DNA of 64,000 nucleotides from Squalus acanthias. Taxonomy: Eukaryota. The notes under the pieces were generated by a model, which worked only from the letters and a program-made list of their open reading frames with translations, was not told where the DNA came from and searched no databases. This document shows positions 61,901 through 64,000 of the stretch, in pieces. Position numbers and translations under genes: made by a program. The stretch's first letter is position 1; each line of letters starts with the position of its first letter. The DNA is taken from assembly GCA_030390025.1 (NCBI GenBank), contig JASTWF010000033.1:2172001-2236000 (forward strand). Direction: 5' to 3'.

Positions 61901-64000
61901 TCAATCTAATACAGCACTTCAATCTAATACAGCACTTCAATCTAATACAGCACTTCAATCTAATACAGCACTTCAATCTAATACAGCACTTCAATCTAAT
62001 ACAGCACTTCAATCTAATACAGCACTTCAATCTAATACAGCACTTCAATCTAATACAGCACTTCAATCTAATACAGCACTTCAATCTAATACAGCACTTC
62101 AATCTAATACAGCACTTCAATCTAATACAGCACTTCAATCTAATACAGCACTTCAATCTAATACAGCACTTCAATCTAATACAGCACTTCAATCTAATAC
62201 AGCACTTCAATCTAATACAGCACTTCAATCTAATACAGCACTTCAATCTAATACAGCACTTCAATCTAATACAGCACTTCAATCTAATACAGCACTTCAA
62301 TCTAATACAGCACTTCAATCTAATACAGCACTTCAATCTAATACAGCACTTCAATCTAATACAGCACTTCAATCTAATACAGCACTTCAATCTAATACAG
62401 CACTTCAATCTAATACAGCACTTCAATCTAATACAGCACTTCAATCTAATACAGCACTTCAATCTAATACAGCACTTCAATCTAATACAGCACTTCAATC
62501 TAATACAGCACTTCAATCTAATACAGCACTTCAATCTAATACAGCACTTCAATCTAATACAGCACTTCAATCTAATACAGCACTTCAATCTAATACAGCA
62601 CTTCAATCTAATACAGCACTTCAATCTAATACAGCACTTCAATCTAATACAGCACTTCAATCTAATACAGCACTTCAATCTAATACAGCACTTCAATCTA
62701 ATACAGCACTTCAATCTAATACAGCACTTCAATCTAATACAGCACTTCAATCTAATACAGCACTTCAATCTAATACAGCACTTCAATCTAATACAGCACT
62801 TCAATCTAATACAGCACTTCAATCTAATACAGCACTTCAATCTAATACAGCACTTCAATCTAATACAGCACTTCAATCTAATACAGCACTTCAATCTAAT
62901 ACAGCACTTCAATCTAATACAGCACTTCAATCTAATACAGCACTTCAATCTAATACAGCACTTCAATCTAATACAGCACTTCAATCTAATACAGCACTTC
63001 AATCTAATACAGCACTTCAATCTAATACAGCACTTCAATCTAATACAGCACTTCAATCTAATACAGCACTTCAATCTAATACAGCACTTCAATCTAATAC
63101 AGCACTTCAATCTAATACAGCACTTCAATCTAATACAGCACTTCAATCTAATACAGCACTTCAATCTAATACAGCACTTCAATCTAATACAGCACTTCAA
63201 TCTAATACAGCACTTCAATCTAATACAGCACTTCAATCTAATACAGCACTTCAATCTAATACAGCACTTCAATCTAATACAGCACTTCAATCTAATACAG
63301 CACTTCAATCTAATACAGCACTTCAATCTAATACAGCACTTCAATCTAATACAGCACTTCAATCTAATACAGCACTTCAATCTAATACAGCACTTCAATC
63401 TAATACAGCACTTCAATCTAATACAGCACTTCAATCTAATACAGCACTTCAATCTAATACAGCACTTCAATCTAATACAGCACTTCAATCTAATACAGCA
63501 CTTCAATCTAATACAGCACTTCAATCTAATACAGCACTTCAATCTAATACAGCACTTCAATCTAATACAGCACTTCAATCTAATACAGCACTTCAATCTA
63601 ATACAGCACTTCAATCTAATACAGCACTTCAATCTAATACAGCACTTCAATCTAATACAGCACTTCAATCTAATACAGCACTTCAATCTAATACAGCACT
63701 TCAATCTAATACAGCACTTCAATCTAATACAGCACTTCAATCTAATACAGCACTTCAATCTAATACAGCACTTCAATCTAATACAGCACTTCAATCTAAT
63801 ACAGCACTTCAATCTAATACAGCACTTCAATCTAATACAGCACTTCAATCTAATACAGCACTTCAATCTAATACAGCACTTCAATCTAATACAGCACTTC
63901 AATCTAATACAGCACTTCAATCTAATACAGCACTTCAATCTAATACAGCACTTCAATCTAATACAGCACTTCAATCTAATACAGCACTTCAATCTAATAC
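55979..64000. repeat. 18-bp satellite CACTTCAATCTAATACAG; degenerate edge to ~57450, essentially perfect thereafter; truncated by the window end
   Basis: Continuous tandem repetition. A few monomers lie left of the SINE (55979-56037). Confidence 0.99.
56038..56462 (-). mobile_element. Full-length tRNA-derived V-SINE (HE1-like) with CR1-derived 3' tail
   Basis: Pol III A box TGGCATATTGG (56442-56452) and B box GGTTCGAATC (56398-56407). V-domain tgtgtggagtttgcacattctccccgtgtctgcgtgggtttcctccgggtgctccggtttcctcccacagtcc. The tail matches the CR1 3' ends in this window. 18-bp flanking direct repeat. Confidence 0.93.

Noticed and set aside
56568..63992. 2474-aa (KCCIRL)n ORF
   Set aside because: Translation of a perfect 18-bp satellite with no synonymous variation, a non-ATG start and no coding signature.

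Overview
Repeat-dominated vertebrate genomic DNA, most likely from a cartilaginous fish. This is inferred from the V-SINE/HE1-type and DeuSINE-type SINEs, abundant CR1/L2 LINEs with esterase ORF1, Penelope elements and a GPR139-like receptor. Two tandem arrays bracket the window: a 36-bp minisatellite (1-12839) and a near-perfect 18-bp satellite (~55980-64000). All long ORFs in these arrays are translation artefacts. Between them lies ~43 kb of nested mobile DNA: many CR1 copies, L2 fragments, two Penelope fragments with hammerhead-ribozyme motifs, a solo LTR, a PIF/Harbinger-like MITE and two SINEs. Gene-like content is limited to the intact main coding exon of a GPR139/GPR142-like class A GPCR (minus strand, first exon not located), a decayed C2H2 zinc-finger array, and a duplicated ~850-bp block carrying a conserved 98-bp exon-like segment. 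I found no convincing novel multi-gene system. The most interesting signals are a shared 11-bp core between the two flanking satellites, a possible SINE origin of the 36-bp monomer, an old inverted-repeat structure at 17.0-19.0 kb, and the unidentified duplicated exon. All alignments were done by eye, so identities and degenerate boundaries are approximate.
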